Origin: an uncultured Coxiellaceae bacterium
Lineage (GTDB): Bacteria > Pseudomonadota > Gammaproteobacteria > DSM-16500
Assembly: GCA_964622455.1 (NCBI GenBank)
Contig: CAZUQP010000001.1
Coordinates: 17,472 to 81,471, forward strand
Direction of reading: 5' to 3'
DNA length: 64,000 nucleotides
Made by a program: the position numbers and the translations under genes
Notes under the pieces: generated by a model
Told to the model about the DNA's origin: nothing
What the model saw: the letters and a program-made list of their open reading frames with translations, nothing else
The model's database searches: none
Shown here: in pieces, positions 1 through 8,291 of the stretch
Numbering within the stretch: the stretch's first letter is position 1
Layout of the letters: every line of letters begins with the position of its first letter

Positions 1-322
1 ATAGACCGGCATTATAGGTTTGTTCGGCGCTACCAGGTTCCCATTGGATACCTAGTTTGGTGAGGGCTTCTTTGCAGGCTTGACCAAACCCGCCTTGGAT
101 AACAGGTTTGTTGAGGGTTTCGGATACATAAGCTTTGGCATAAATACCGTAGCCAATTTTAACTAATTCCCCCATTTGTACAAGGTCTTTAAAGCATCGA
201 CTAACCTGGCGTGGGCTGCCCATATCTTCAATATCTTCGCGTAAGACTACATTAGCAGTCATTCGCCTGATGCGATCTAGTGCTTTGAATTTAAAGCTAT
301 TTTGATAGTATTTTTGGGTCAT
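1..322 (-). CDS. Partial CDS (N-terminal 107 aa, runs off left edge): winged-HTH protein resembling AbiEi-type antitoxin/transcriptional regulator N-terminal domain
   Basis: ATG at 320-322 (minus) preceded by AAAGGGA. My translation is MTQKYYQNSFKFKALDRIRRMTANVVLREDIEDMGSPRQVSRCFKDLVQMGELVKIGYGIYAK..., open to position 1. The pattern (short wHTH ending in G.Y) recalls AbiEi_4-type domains. The call is from memory only. Confidence 0.4.
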   Translation of the reverse strand, partial: MTQKYYQNSFKFKALDRIRRMTANVVLREDIEDMGSPRQVSRCFKDLVQMGELVKIGYGIYAKAYVSETLNKPVIQGGFGQACKEALTKLGIQWEPGSAEQTYNAGL

Positions 323-338
323 AATGATCCCTTTGTAT

Positions 339-404
339 TCGCCAAATATGGACAATTTTAGTTAGTATAGCACAAAATTTAGTATCGCCAAATATGGACA
401 ATTT
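339..404. repeat. Two direct copies of TCGCCAAATATGGACAATTT, 46 bp apart, just upstream of the partial wHTH gene; putative operator
   Basis: Exact 20-nt copies at 339-358 and 385-404, in the promoter region of the minus-strand gene starting at 322. Confidence 0.5.
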
Positions 405-504
405 ATAAAGGGGCTGGTGGTTATAAAAACCTATTAGTTCATAGTAAGTAGCCTTGACGGAACGGTGGCGAGATCAAGGTTTCTATGAGAAGTATTTTTC
501 GCAG

Positions 505-540
505 ATTGAAAAACCCCGAAAAACGGGGTCTTTATTTTAA
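505..540 (-). terminator. Rho-independent terminator downstream of ssrA (bidirectional hairpin)
   Basis: Stem ACCCCG (513-518), loop AAAAA, stem CGGGGT (524-529). T-runs follow on both strands, immediately 3' of the tmRNA CCA end. Confidence 0.6.
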
Positions 541-543
541 ATT

Positions 544-924
544 TGGTGGAGGCGGCGGGAATTGAACCCGCGTCCGTAAGCTCTAAACCGTTGGGACTAC
601 ATGCGTAGCCAGGTCATTGAATTTAGCGGCTTATCCCCCGACCGGCAGGGAAATAAAGCAGCGATCCCGATGAAATTTAGCAACTTGTCTTGGGCAGAGT
701 TCGTTGCGAGCTTGTATGATATGACCCCTCAGGTTTACTTTCGTAAACTCCGGCCGTACAAGCACAGCCGGTGAGAGGTTCAACTAGGCGGCTACTGCCA
801 CCGCGTTGAAAGAGTTGTCGTTTGAATTGGCAACTATTGGTTTTGTAACATTTTTTACGAGGTAAGTTACGTCCTCGACATGCCCCTAAAGTGTCGCAAC
901 CCACGTCGAAGCCAGGTCGCCCCC
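544..924 (-). ncRNA. ssrA: tmRNA (SsrA)
   Basis: The minus strand starts GGGGGCGACCTGGCTTCGACGTGGGTTGCGACAC and ends GCGGGTTCAATTCCCGCCGCCTCCACCA (tRNA-Ala-like acceptor/T-arm). An internal tag reading frame at 784-831 reads GCC AAT TCA AAC GAC AAC TCT TTC AAC GCG GTG GCA GTA GCC GCC TAG = ANSNDNSFNAVAVAA. It lies adjacent to smpB. Confidence 0.93.
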
Positions 925-967
925 ATATTTAAGTATACTCTTAAAATCTTATCATTATATTATAAAA

Positions 968-1435
968 CTACAAATCTTTCCTTAAACGTTGCTTTTGACG
1001 CTGCCAATCACGCTCTTTTTCACTAGCGCGTTTATCATGCGCTTTTTTACCCTTCGCAAGACCAATCTGCAATTTAATATGTTTGCCTTTCCAATATAAA
1101 GAAAGCGGAATTAAAGTGTAGCCCTTGCGTTCAACGCTGCCAATCAATTTAGATAATTCGCTCTGATGCAACAACAATTTTCGCGTACGTTGCGGATCAG
1201 GATGAATATGCGTGGATGCAGTTGGCAAAGGCGAAATTTGACCGCCAAAAAGCCATGCTTCACCATTTTTAAGCAGCACGTAACTTTGATCGATTTGAGC
1301 TTTGCCTGCGCGCAAACTTTTGACTTCCCATCCTTCTAGCACAATGCCAGCTTCATATCGTTCTTCGATGGCATACTCGTGGTGCGCTTTACGATTTTGC
1401 GCAATGGTGGCATTTGAGTTATGTTTCTGTTTCAT
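968..1435 (-). CDS. smpB: SsrA-binding protein SmpB
   Basis: 155 aa. It has the [35 protein letters not shown] motif and a basic C-terminal tail, and neighbours ssrA. Confidence 0.95.
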   Translation of the reverse strand: MKQKHNSNATIAQNRKAHHEYAIEERYEAGIVLEGWEVKSLRAGKAQIDQSYVLLKNGEAWLFGGQISPLPTASTHIHPDPQRTRKLLLHQSELSKLIGSVERKGYTLIPLSLYWKGKHIKLQIGLAKGKKAHDKRASEKERDWQRQKQRLRKDL

Positions 1436-1487
1436 GTGTGGAGTATAATGCTTGAAAGTGCAAAATTAAATAGAGCAATGTTGAATT

Positions 1488-1925
1488 ATGACAATAATTA
1501 AGCGCAGCGCAGTCGTTGCTTATACGCCTCGCCAAATGTTTGAATTGGTGAATAGTATAGAGGAATATCCACGGTTTTTGCCGTGGTGCCGTCAGAGCCA
1601 TATCCTGACGCGAACGGCGGCAGAAGTAAAAGCTTCCTTAGAAATTGTCTGGTCTGGCATTCACAAAAGTTTTACCACGCGCAATCATTTACATCCGCAT
1701 GAAAAAATCGAAATTGAATTAGTGGAAGGCCCTTTTCGCCATTTAGAAGGTCGATGGGAGTTTGTGGCACTCGGCGAGCACGGTTGTAAAGTGAATTTAG
1801 CATTGGAATTTGAATTAACAGGCCATGTTTTTGATAGAATATTTCAACCGATTTTTCATCATATCGCCAATTCGTTAGTCGATGCGTTTTGCAGACGGGC
1901 AGCCAATATTTATGCCAATGGTTAA
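1488..1925 (+). CDS. ratA: SRPBCC-fold RatA/PasT (CoQ-binding, Coq10-like) protein
   Basis: 145 aa. It shows the conserved divergent arrangement with smpB and is followed by rnfH. The sequence reads VAYTPRQMFELVNSIEEYPRFLPWC. Confidence 0.8.
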   Translation: MTIIKRSAVVAYTPRQMFELVNSIEEYPRFLPWCRQSHILTRTAAEVKASLEIVWSGIHKSFTTRNHLHPHEKIEIELVEGPFRHLEGRWEFVALGEHGCKVNLALEFELTGHVFDRIFQPIFHHIANSLVDAFCRRAANIYANG

Positions 1926-2202
1926 ATGCATTTCAGTTGAAGTGGCGTATGCACTTCCCGATAAGCAAAAAATAATTGCAATTAACGTGCAGGAAGGCAG
2001 CACAATTAAAAATGCTATTGATTTATCCGGTATGTTAAATTTATTTCCTGACATTGATTTAACAAAACAAAACGTCGGGATTTTCAGTGAACCAAGAGAG
2101 TTAACCGATAAAGTTAAAGCAGGCGATCGCATCGAAATTTATCGTCCTCTCTTGATTGATCCTAAAGAAGCGAGACGTAAACGCTCAAAAAAAATCGAGT
2201 AA
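1918..2202 (+). CDS. rnfH: RnfH family ubiquitin-like protein
   Basis: Conserved ratA-rnfH pair with VEVAYALPDKQ...GIFSEPREL...GDRIEIYRPL. The start at the ATG at 1918, overlapping the ratA stop, is preferred over the ORF-track start at 1882. Confidence 0.8.
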   Translation: MVKCISVEVAYALPDKQKIIAINVQEGSTIKNAIDLSGMLNLFPDIDLTKQNVGIFSEPRELTDKVKAGDRIEIYRPLLIDPKEARRKRSKKIE

Positions 2203-2203
2203 A

Positions 2204-3796
2204 TTACGGAGCGAGACCAGGGCGGCTATTTGGTTGCAGTTGATTGCCAGCAACATCAGGCTGTGTCTTCCCCCCAAAAAGACGTTGTCTTTTTGTAGCG
2301 CTGTTTGATTGTTTTTGATTAGTTGAATGGGGCCGTTTTCTAGATTCTTCGCTAGTTGCATCAAGAAGCATGGGCATAAAACTATCATCATTTTTGCTTT
2401 CTACTATTTTTACCAGTTCTTCTAAACGTTTTTTTTCATCTTCTTTTGCTTTTAAAATAATTCCTTTGACTACTGCATCCGCATTTTTTTCTTCTTTTGA
2501 TAGCGGATCTTGGATTTTTTCTTCGCTAAAAGTATCATAAATGCCTTCTAGTCCTAAAAATTGTGTGTATCCGACGTGACAACCCTTAATGATATTAAAA
2601 ATAGTTGTTCTTTCTTTCGGTTTTTTACTCATTAATTTTTCAGAAAATTGATTTAAGCGTTTAACGACATTATCTTCATCAGGATTCTTTTCAGGCATAT
2701 TTTCTATTAACTTTCGTAAAGTTGTGCCTAATGCGTAGACTTCAGTTAATTCGTCATACTGATATTTTTCACTTTTTTCTTCCAATTCAGGTGCTCGGTA
2801 TCCCTTGGTTCCGACAATGTTCTTACTGATATAAATAAGATTTTGACAGTCGCGAGCAAAATCGTAATCGATGATGGTGATGCCGCTGTAGCAATGGTTT
2901 CGATGTGAGTATATGCTTTTATTAATTTCCATATCAGCAAGATTGACTACAATATTACGTGGTTTAATATCTCTGTGTATTACATCTTTTCCGTGTATAT
3001 GGCTTCTGAGTGTTTTGACAATTTCTAAAAAAATCCGTAGCCATAATAAAGGGGGCCAAGAGTGCTCGGGTTTGGTTGGGTCTTTTCTGTTTTGTATTAA
3101 AACATTTAAAGGGGTGCCTTTAGCAAGCTTCATGGTGAAATTAATTTTATTAGCCTTATGGAACTTTGACTCGCGCAAACAAACATGGGTTTCATGATTC
3201 ATAATCTTTTTAATCATCTGGACTTCGTGAAGTGCTGATCTTTTTGCTGTGGATTCCTTTATCTCAATGTTTTTTTTTATTGTTTTTAAGGTAGCCCATG
3301 TTCCATTTAACATTTGAGCCAGTTTTACGGGAGAGTTTCCTTTACCAAGCTCAAATTGTTTGTATATTTCGTAAATAGGATTATTATCCTTATCTCGGGT
3401 TTCGTAAATATCATATTGAGGTTTAGAGGCCTGATCAACAGGCGGATTAAATTGGGGTGGAATTTCTTCTTTAGATTTAAAAGAAGCAATTTTTGTTTTA
3501 TAAATAATGTAAGTATTACCATTATCATAGTGGATGCCATAAGGAATGTTAAAACGTGTTTTTAAATAGCGTCTTACAATCGGTGCTTTCGGATTTTCTT
3601 TTTTTAATGCAAGGATTTCTTGATCTTCTTGAAGATCTTTTTCAATATCTTTTTTAATTCTTTCAATGAGTTCATCGGGTAATAATTTATAATTTTTGTA
3701 TAATTGAGTAGGCTTTACTCCCGGAGGAGCATAGTGCAAGAGCGATGCAATGTGTTGGGGGTTTCTGTTAAATGCCATAGCCTTATCTGGTCTCAT
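2204..3796 (-). CDS. Eukaryotic-like (Hanks-type) Ser/Thr protein kinase, putative translocated effector
   Basis: Glycine loop ELGKGNSPV, Lys in WATLKTIK, catalytic loop IHRDIKPRNIVV (HRD codons at about 2969-2977), DYDFA (DFG variant), GTKGYRAPE (APE). The C-terminus carries RKRPHSTNQKQSNSATKRQR. An alternative start is the ATG at 3778. Confidence 0.85.
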   Translation of the reverse strand: MRPDKAMAFNRNPQHIASLLHYAPPGVKPTQLYKNYKLLPDELIERIKKDIEKDLQEDQEILALKKENPKAPIVRRYLKTRFNIPYGIHYDNGNTYIIYKTKIASFKSKEEIPPQFNPPVDQASKPQYDIYETRDKDNNPIYEIYKQFELGKGNSPVKLAQMLNGTWATLKTIKKNIEIKESTAKRSALHEVQMIKKIMNHETHVCLRESKFHKANKINFTMKLAKGTPLNVLIQNRKDPTKPEHSWPPLLWLRIFLEIVKTLRSHIHGKDVIHRDIKPRNIVVNLADMEINKSIYSHRNHCYSGITIIDYDFARDCQNLIYISKNIVGTKGYRAPELEEKSEKYQYDELTEVYALGTTLRKLIENMPEKNPDEDNVVKRLNQFSEKLMSKKPKERTTIFNIIKGCHVGYTQFLGLEGIYDTFSEEKIQDPLSKEEKNADAVVKGIILKAKEDEKKRLEELVKIVESKNDDSFMPMLLDATSEESRKRPHSTNQKQSNSATKRQRLFGGKTQPDVAGNQLQPNSRPGLAP

Positions 3797-3820
3797 TTTA
3801 GAAGTACTATTTTAGCTAAA

Positions 3821-3841
3821 ATAGATTAAATAAAGCTTAGC
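3821..3841 (-). promoter_or_regulatory. Weak PmrA-like tandem box upstream of the kinase gene
   Basis: The minus strand reads GCTAAGCTT-TA-TTTAATCTA (CTAAG / TTAAT at 11-bp spacing), followed by TAAAAT. One half-site is imperfect. Confidence 0.3.
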
Positions 3842-3861
3842 AAATTGGATTAATTTTTTTC

Positions 3862-4179
3862 TTATTTATTAATAAATTGCGAATACATATTACCGCTTAT
3901 TTTAACCAAACGGCCATTTTTAAAGTTTAGAGTAATATATTTTTCAGTTCGTTCCCCATGGCCAGGTTGATAGGTATAGACATAATCAATCCGGTTATCA
4001 GCAAACGTATTCATTAATACCGGGGTACCCATCATCTCTTTGACAGCGTCTTTGCTCATGCCAGGGTGTAGTTTGTTCACTTGCTCTTCCGTAATAATAT
4101 TTCCCTGCTCAATATCCATCTTGTGGACACAGGCAGATAGGGTGCATACAATGGCTAGCATGAGTAATATTTTTCGCAT
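3862..4179 (-). CDS. bamE: Outer membrane protein assembly factor BamE (SmpA/OmlA lipoprotein)
   Basis: 105 aa with lipobox LSAC and DIEQGNIITEEQVNKLHPGMSKDAVKEMMGTP. It is divergent from fur, as in many gammaproteobacteria. Confidence 0.9.
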   Translation of the reverse strand: MRKILLMLAIVCTLSACVHKMDIEQGNIITEEQVNKLHPGMSKDAVKEMMGTPVLMNTFADNRIDYVYTYQPGHGERTEKYITLNFKNGRLVKISGNMYSQFINK

Positions 4180-4267
4180 AATCTGTTCCAGTTATTTTAT
4201 TAATTTAAGAATGGCGTGATGATAACCGATTTTGGGCATTTTTGTAACCTGTTACAAGGAGGGGCAC

Positions 4268-4696
4268 TTGAATAATTCAGACTTAAAAAAAGTCGGGCTT
4301 AAGATTACGCTGCCCCGCCTTAAGATCTTGCAAATATTAGAAAACGCACAATTACATCACTTAAGCGCTGAGGATGTTTACCGTGTTTTATTAGAATCTG
4401 GCGATGACATTGGTCTTGCGACTGTCTATCGGGTCTTGACTCAATTTGAAGAAGCAGGGCTTGTGGTGCGGCACCATTTTGCTGGAGGGCATTCAGTATT
4501 TGAGCTTGATCATGGCACACATCATGATCATTTGGTCTGCGTGAAGTGCGGACGGGTCGAAGAGTTTGTTGATGAAGTCATTGAAGCGCGTCAGCAGCAT
4601 GTGGCAAAAAAAGCAGGTTATACCATTACGGACCATAGTTTAAATCTATATGGTATTTGCTCTCCATGCCAGAAATCGACAGCTTCACGAAAGTGA
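4268..4696 (+). CDS. fur: Ferric uptake regulator Fur
   Basis: LKKVGLKITLPRLKILQILE...HHLSAEDVY, HHDHLVC..CG and C-terminal CxxC. The TTG start at 4268 lies downstream of AAGGAGG (4256-4262). The ORF-track start at 4232 is less likely. Confidence 0.9.
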   Translation: MNNSDLKKVGLKITLPRLKILQILENAQLHHLSAEDVYRVLLESGDDIGLATVYRVLTQFEEAGLVVRHHFAGGHSVFELDHGTHHDHLVCVKCGRVEEFVDEVIEARQQHVAKKAGYTITDHSLNLYGICSPCQKSTASRK

Positions 4697-5128
4697 TTTA
4701 ACGACTTTTATCATCTGAATAGCGGCTTCTGCTGATTCAATTCCCTTGTTATTTTTAATCCCCAAAGCTCTTTTTTTTGCAAGTTTCACATTTTTTGTCG
4801 TCAGCACACCAAAAATAACAGGAACATTAAATTCCATCATAACGTTTTGACATCCTTGACTGACTTGCTCGCACACATATTTATAATGGTCAGTTTCACC
4901 GCGGATGACTGCACCTAAACAAATAATGGCGTCATATTTTTTTTTTATCGCAAGCAATTTTGCAGTCAGTGGAATTTCAACAGCCCCAGGAACATGGGTA
5001 ATAGTTATTTTTTCTCGAGAAATACCATGATTGATTAAAGTAGATAATGTACTTTGTAGTAATGGCTCGGTAATTTCTTGATTGAATTCGCTTACAACGA
5101 CAGCCATTTTTATATCAGCATTTGACAT
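4685..5128 (-). CDS. ribH: 6,7-dimethyl-8-ribityllumazine synthase
   Basis: 147 aa, with typical AVVVSEFNQEIT...GAVEIP...LGAVIRGETDHYKYV. Confidence 0.93.
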   Translation of the reverse strand: MSNADIKMAVVVSEFNQEITEPLLQSTLSTLINHGISREKITITHVPGAVEIPLTAKLLAIKKKYDAIICLGAVIRGETDHYKYVCEQVSQGCQNVMMEFNVPVIFGVLTTKNVKLAKKRALGIKNNKGIESAEAAIQMIKVVKSLS

Positions 5129-6350
5129 GATGTTCGTCTCCCATCTTAATTTTATGATGTAATTTTTCTTTTTTAGTTTTTAAATAATGTTTATTTTCTT
5201 CACTACAAAAAACAGGAATTTTTTCTAGCTCGATTGTTGCGATACCATATTTTTTAAGGCCCGCTATTTTTTTAGGATTATTGGTCAATAAACGTATGTG
5301 AGTCATATTTCTATTTTTTAACCACGCAGCTGCGATATAATATTCGCGAGAATCAATGGGCAATCCTAGATGTTCATTGGCTTCAACTGTGTCAAATCCT
5401 TTTTCTTGTAATGCATAACTTTTAATTTTGTTAAATAAACCAATGCCGCGCCCTTCTTGGTTAAGATAAATGAGAATCCCGCCTTCTTCACTGATTTTTT
5501 GTAAAGAATAATGAAGTTGGTTGTGACAATCACATCGTTTTGAACCAAATAAATCACCTGTCATACAAGATGAATGTATTCTAATTAATGGCGGCTTGGA
5601 TGATTTTTTATTTTTAGTGAGTACAATATGTTCCATATGATTTATTTTTTCTTTAATCACAGTTAATTGAAAAATACCGTAAGGATCAAGCGGTAATTCT
5701 GCAGAGATGTGTTCTGCAATTAAATTTTCTTCCAGCTTTCGATAAGCAATCAAGTCTTCAATCGATAAGATCATCAATTGATGTTGCTTAGCAAATTTTT
5801 TTAATTGTGCGCCTTTTGCCATGGTCCCATCGGTGTTCATCAATTCACATAACGCAGCGGCTGGTTTAAATCCGGCAAGCAGAGAAATATCGATAGAGCC
5901 CTCTGTGTGTCCTGGGCGTTCAAGTACACCGCCTTCTTTTGCGCATAATGGAAAAACGTGGCCTGGTTTTGTAATCTCTTTTTCAGTGACATTATTTTTA
6001 ACGGCGGTCAAAATAGTTGTTGCGCGATCTTTTGCAGATACGCCGGTGGTGATACCATTTTTTGCTTCTATCGATAGGGTAAAAGGTGTTTGGTGCGGGC
6101 TCGTATTTTCTTCTGGCGATACCATGTAAGTGAGCCCCAATTTTTTTAATTGGCTCTGCGTGAGTGATAAGCAAATAATGCCGCTGCCATGCCGAATCAT
6201 AAAATTGATGATGTCAGATGTAATCGTTTCTGCAGGGAAAATTAAGTCTGCTTCATCTTCTCGATCATGATGATCTGTCAAAAGAATCATTTTTCCTTTC
6301 CGTAAATCAGTTATTGCATTTTGCACGCGTTCAACATAGGTTTGCATCAT
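5115..6350 (-). CDS. ribBA: Bifunctional 3,4-dihydroxy-2-butanone-4-phosphate synthase / GTP cyclohydrolase II
   Basis: 411 aa. The DHBP synthase N-half reads DREDEADLIF...GHTEGS. The GCH-II C-half reads HSSCMTGDLFGSKRCDC...EGRGIGL. Confidence 0.93.
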   Translation of the reverse strand: MMQTYVERVQNAITDLRKGKMILLTDHHDREDEADLIFPAETITSDIINFMIRHGSGIICLSLTQSQLKKLGLTYMVSPEENTSPHQTPFTLSIEAKNGITTGVSAKDRATTILTAVKNNVTEKEITKPGHVFPLCAKEGGVLERPGHTEGSIDISLLAGFKPAAALCELMNTDGTMAKGAQLKKFAKQHQLMILSIEDLIAYRKLEENLIAEHISAELPLDPYGIFQLTVIKEKINHMEHIVLTKNKKSSKPPLIRIHSSCMTGDLFGSKRCDCHNQLHYSLQKISEEGGILIYLNQEGRGIGLFNKIKSYALQEKGFDTVEANEHLGLPIDSREYYIAAAWLKNRNMTHIRLLTNNPKKIAGLKKYGIATIELEKIPVFCSEENKHYLKTKKEKLHHKIKMGDEHHVKC

Positions 6351-6940
6351 TTTGACCTCAATAATTTTTCTACATATTTACTCATGATATCGACTTCAAT
6401 ATTAATTTTTGTTCCAATAAAGTAGTTTTTTGCAATCGTCATTTCTCGTGTATGTGGAATTAAAGTGACACTGAATTCATCTTCAGAAATATCAATCACC
6501 GTAATGCTCATACCATCTAAAGTAATATAACCTTTATTGACAATATATTTTGTGAGTGCAGAGGGCGATTTTATTTTTATTCTTACTGCCTCTTTTGCAT
6601 CATGATGTAATTCAATGATTTCGCCAACACCATCGACATGTCCTTGTACATAATGTCCGCCTAGACGCGCATTGATATTGAGTGATCTTTCAAGATTAAC
6701 AGTGTTTCCCACGGCAAGATTGCCAAAATGGGTGATTTTCAGTGTTTCAGGCACTAAAGTTACGGTGAATGTATCGGCAGTAAAATCTATGATCGTTAAG
6801 CAGGTGCCGTTAACTGCAATACTATCCCCTGTATGTAAATCATCAAAAAATAAATGTGGTCTGACGGTTACTTCTGTAGTAGCGTCAATTTTTTTTATAT
6901 GAGTAATACTACCGATGCTTTCAATAATGCCAGTAAACAT
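6347..6940 (-). CDS. ribE: Riboflavin synthase (alpha chain)
   Basis: It starts MFTGIIESIG and contains internally duplicated lumazine-binding repeats. The start at 6940 is chosen so that it abuts the ribD stop. The ORF-track start at 6997 overlaps ribD. Confidence 0.9.
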   Translation of the reverse strand: MFTGIIESIGSITHIKKIDATTEVTVRPHLFFDDLHTGDSIAVNGTCLTIIDFTADTFTVTLVPETLKITHFGNLAVGNTVNLERSLNINARLGGHYVQGHVDGVGEIIELHHDAKEAVRIKIKSPSALTKYIVNKGYITLDGMSITVIDISEDEFSVTLIPHTREMTIAKNYFIGTKINIEVDIMSKYVEKLLRSK

Positions 6941-6941
6941 A

Positions 6942-8006
6942 TCAAGCATTCTCCCAGTAGGTGGAAAAATGAATATCTTTACCCAGTAATGATGCATCAG
7001 AAAAAATAAGCGGACGTTTTTTCTGAAGAGTTCCTATAAGAATGGGTGACAAATAGACATGAATTTTATTTACTAAATTTTCTGCAAAAAAATGTTGATG
7101 TGTGGTCATGCCGCCTTCAACCAAAATGCTGGTGATTTCTTTTTTTCCTAATTCATCAAGTAGTACAGTTAAAGAAGGGTAGCCATTTTTATTTTTAGGC
7201 AACATAAGTAATTCGATTTTTTCAGAAAGCAAAGGTGCAAACCATTCTTTATGTTTTTCATTTGAAGTTGCAATAATAGTTTTTCCAAAAGAAGTATTTT
7301 TAAATACGTTTAAATGGTGCGGTATTCTATTTTTTCCCGCTAAAATAATTTTCGTTAAGTGTTTTATAACATTGCCATCGGCTGATCTTGCTGTTAATTC
7401 TGGGTCATCCTCACAGAGCGTATTGGCGCCCACTAAAATTGCATCAACTTCTCGGCGTAATTGATGTGTATGTGCATTGGCTTTTATTCCTGAGATTTGT
7501 TTTGAATCGAGAGTGTTAACGCAAGTTTTTCCATCTAAAGACATCGCCCATTTAGCGATAACGAAAGGGCGTTTATGAATAATGTAGTGAAAAAAAATTT
7601 CATTTAATTGTTTGGCTTTTTTTTCAAGAAGACCTGCTTCAACGTCAATTCCGGCCGCGCGTAATAAATGAATCCCTTTTCCAGCGACCAATGGATTGGG
7701 GTCAATAGAAGCGACATATATTTTTTTAATGCCCGCGGATAACAATGCATTTCTGCAAGGCGGGGTTCTTCCTTGATGGCAGCAAGGTTCGAGTGTGACA
7801 TAAGCTGTTGCACCTTTAGCTGCATCACCCGCATCTCTTAGCGCAAGAATTTCTGCGTGCGGTTCTCCCGCGCGTTGATGGTAACCCTGTCCGATGATTT
7901 TGTTATTTTTAACAATGACGCAGCCAACCATAGGATTGGGGGAAACGCTAAAGCGCCCTTGTTCAGCTAGGTTAAGTGCTAAAGACATGTAGTGTGCATC
8001 ATTCAT
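6942..8006 (-). CDS. ribD: Riboflavin biosynthesis protein RibD (deaminase/reductase)
   Basis: 354 aa with the CMP/dCMP deaminase zinc motif HAE...PCxxxGRTPPC and a C-terminal reductase domain. Confidence 0.93.
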   Translation of the reverse strand: MNDAHYMSLALNLAEQGRFSVSPNPMVGCVIVKNNKIIGQGYHQRAGEPHAEILALRDAGDAAKGATAYVTLEPCCHQGRTPPCRNALLSAGIKKIYVASIDPNPLVAGKGIHLLRAAGIDVEAGLLEKKAKQLNEIFFHYIIHKRPFVIAKWAMSLDGKTCVNTLDSKQISGIKANAHTHQLRREVDAILVGANTLCEDDPELTARSADGNVIKHLTKIILAGKNRIPHHLNVFKNTSFGKTIIATSNEKHKEWFAPLLSEKIELLMLPKNKNGYPSLTVLLDELGKKEITSILVEGGMTTHQHFFAENLVNKIHVYLSPILIGTLQKKRPLIFSDASLLGKDIHFSTYWENA

Positions 8007-8089
8007 TTTAAAACCCTTTAATGTCAGGGCTAAAAATCAATGAACGGAATGCCATAAAATGCGAGAAGACGCAAAAATAGTGAGTTCAT

Positions 8090-8245
8090 CATTTTCTTCT
8101 TTCATCCGGACTTTAACCGTCGGCTTTGGCTTTTCACCAAATCTGCTGACCTTTTTTAGGTTTAAAAAAGCGCTCGCGGGCTGTTTTACTGTTATCAGAA
8201 AGAATACCGCCGGTGGGGAATTACACCCCGCCCTGAAGACAATGA
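8090..8245 (-). promoter_or_regulatory. FMN riboswitch (RFN element) in the ribD leader
   Basis: The minus strand reads TCTTCAGGGCGGGGTGTAATTCCCCACCGGCGGTA...AGCCCGCGAGCGC...GGTCAGCAGATTTGGTGAAAAGCCAAAGCCGACGGTTAAAGTCCGGATGAAAGAAGA. This is the canonical RFN core with P1 TCTTC/GAAGA. Confidence 0.92.
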
Positions 8246-8291
8246 GGCTAAACAATAATAGAGCAGGGTGAATTTGTCAATGAGACACTCG

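Noticed and set aside
677-904. 75-aa ORF on the minus strand
   Set aside because: It lies entirely inside the tmRNA gene. The only coding part of ssrA is the 15-codon tag frame.
4180-4267. Fur box in the bamE-fur intergenic region
   Set aside because: It is AT-rich, but I could not align a convincing 19-bp GATAATGATAATCATTATC-like palindrome.
8037-8271. 72-aa and 70-aa ORFs upstream of ribD
   Set aside because: Both overlap the FMN riboswitch leader. The conserved RNA motifs explain the sequence conservation.
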